14,563 nt of DNA from a bacterium (GTDB lineage: Bacteria > UBA8248). The notes below the pieces were generated by a model that was given only the letters and a program-made list of their open reading frames with translations, made no database searches and was not told the origin of the DNA. Shown one piece after another: positions 14,105 through 14,563 of this stretch. The stretch covers positions 1 to 14,563 of the forward strand of contig CBDBZY010000017.1 in assembly GCA_965213685.1 (NCBI GenBank), given 5' to 3'. A program made the translations under genes and the position numbers. Position 1 is the stretch's first letter; each line of letters starts with the position of its first letter.

Positions 14105-14493
14105 AGAAAGCCACACTACTCGCCCTCTACTTGACCGCCCTCTGGGCATGCGACCGCACGCGCCCGCAGGCCCCTGCGCCGGCTCTTGAGCGGGCTTCAG
14201 TCGTCTCCGAGGACGGCTTCAAGATCCGCCTCCGGGAGCCATGCTTCTCGTGCGAGGAGGAGCTCTTCGGGGACCAACTCCGCTATGGGTACTGCGAGCC
14301 GTGCTGCTCTCCGGAGCTCCGTGAGCGCGTACGTGTCGACAAGCTCCCGCGTCCGGAGTGGGTTTCGATGCAGATCGAGCTCGAGTCCATGCCGGAGGAG
14401 GGGTTCCTCTACGTCGGCCGTAACCACGAGCTCTCGAAGTGGTCGACGCTCTACAGCCTGGAGATGCTCGAGGAGCCTGTGTTCGGTGAGTGA
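14101..14493 (+). CDS. Putative lipoprotein with CxxC-x13-CxxC motif, 130 aa
   Basis: MKKATLLALYLTALWAC has a lipobox-like Cys17, followed by an Ala/Pro linker and CFSC-x13-CEPC. Confidence 0.65.
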   Translation: MKKATLLALYLTALWACDRTRPQAPAPALERASVVSEDGFKIRLREPCFSCEEELFGDQLRYGYCEPCCSPELRERVRVDKLPRPEWVSMQIELESMPEEGFLYVGRNHELSKWSTLYSLEMLEEPVFGE

Positions 14494-14563
14494 GCCGAAG
14501 CCGCTGACGGACGAGCCGCTACGCCCGTGCCCGTTCTGTGGGGAGACGCCCGCACTTGTGGCG
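14486..14563 (+). CDS. Lar-family (restriction alleviation) zinc-ribbon protein, 3'-truncated
   Basis: GAGGAG at 14470-14475, GTG 14486, MSEPKPLTDEPLRPCPFCGETPALVA. LxPCPFCG is the Lar-family N-terminal signature. Only 26 codons are visible. Confidence 0.7.
   Translation, partial: MSEPKPLTDEPLRPCPFCGETPALVA

Larger units (their letters stand above)
1..14563 (+). mobile_element. Bacteriophage/prophage genome segment (late-to-early module junction and replication region)
   Basis: Co-oriented, tightly packed genes with ATGA/GTGA/TAATG overlaps. Phage-type families recognised by motif (YqaJ, DUF1064, DUF1376 initiator, Lar CPFCG, XRE HTH, large polyvalent protein). No housekeeping genes. No integrase or att site in the window, so free phage vs prophage cannot be decided. 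Confidence 0.93.

Overview
High-GC tailed-phage (or prophage) genome fragment with all credible genes on the + strand. It spans the junction from the late/structural module to the early/replication module. The late part has a 5'-truncated >1300-aa large polyvalent/virion-ejection-type protein, then three small membrane/lipoprotein genes at a lysis-cassette-like position with no endolysin visible. The early part has an XRE/Cro-like HTH gene whose start codon sits between two TTCTAGAA palindromes, a YqaJ exonuclease plus putative annealing protein, several small hypotheticals, a DUF1064-type nuclease and a cassette of three exported proteins (one beta-helix-like). These are followed by a ~360-nt densely structured intergenic region with a minus-strand terminator, a DUF1376/YdaU-type replication initiator with internal iteron-like repeats, a DUF6948-like/Gly-repeat gene pair, a CxxC lipoprotein and the start of a Lar-family gene. 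Two genes (beta-helix protein, replication initiator) are each split by an apparent single-base (+1) frameshift. All family assignments come from motif recognition by eye, not database searches.
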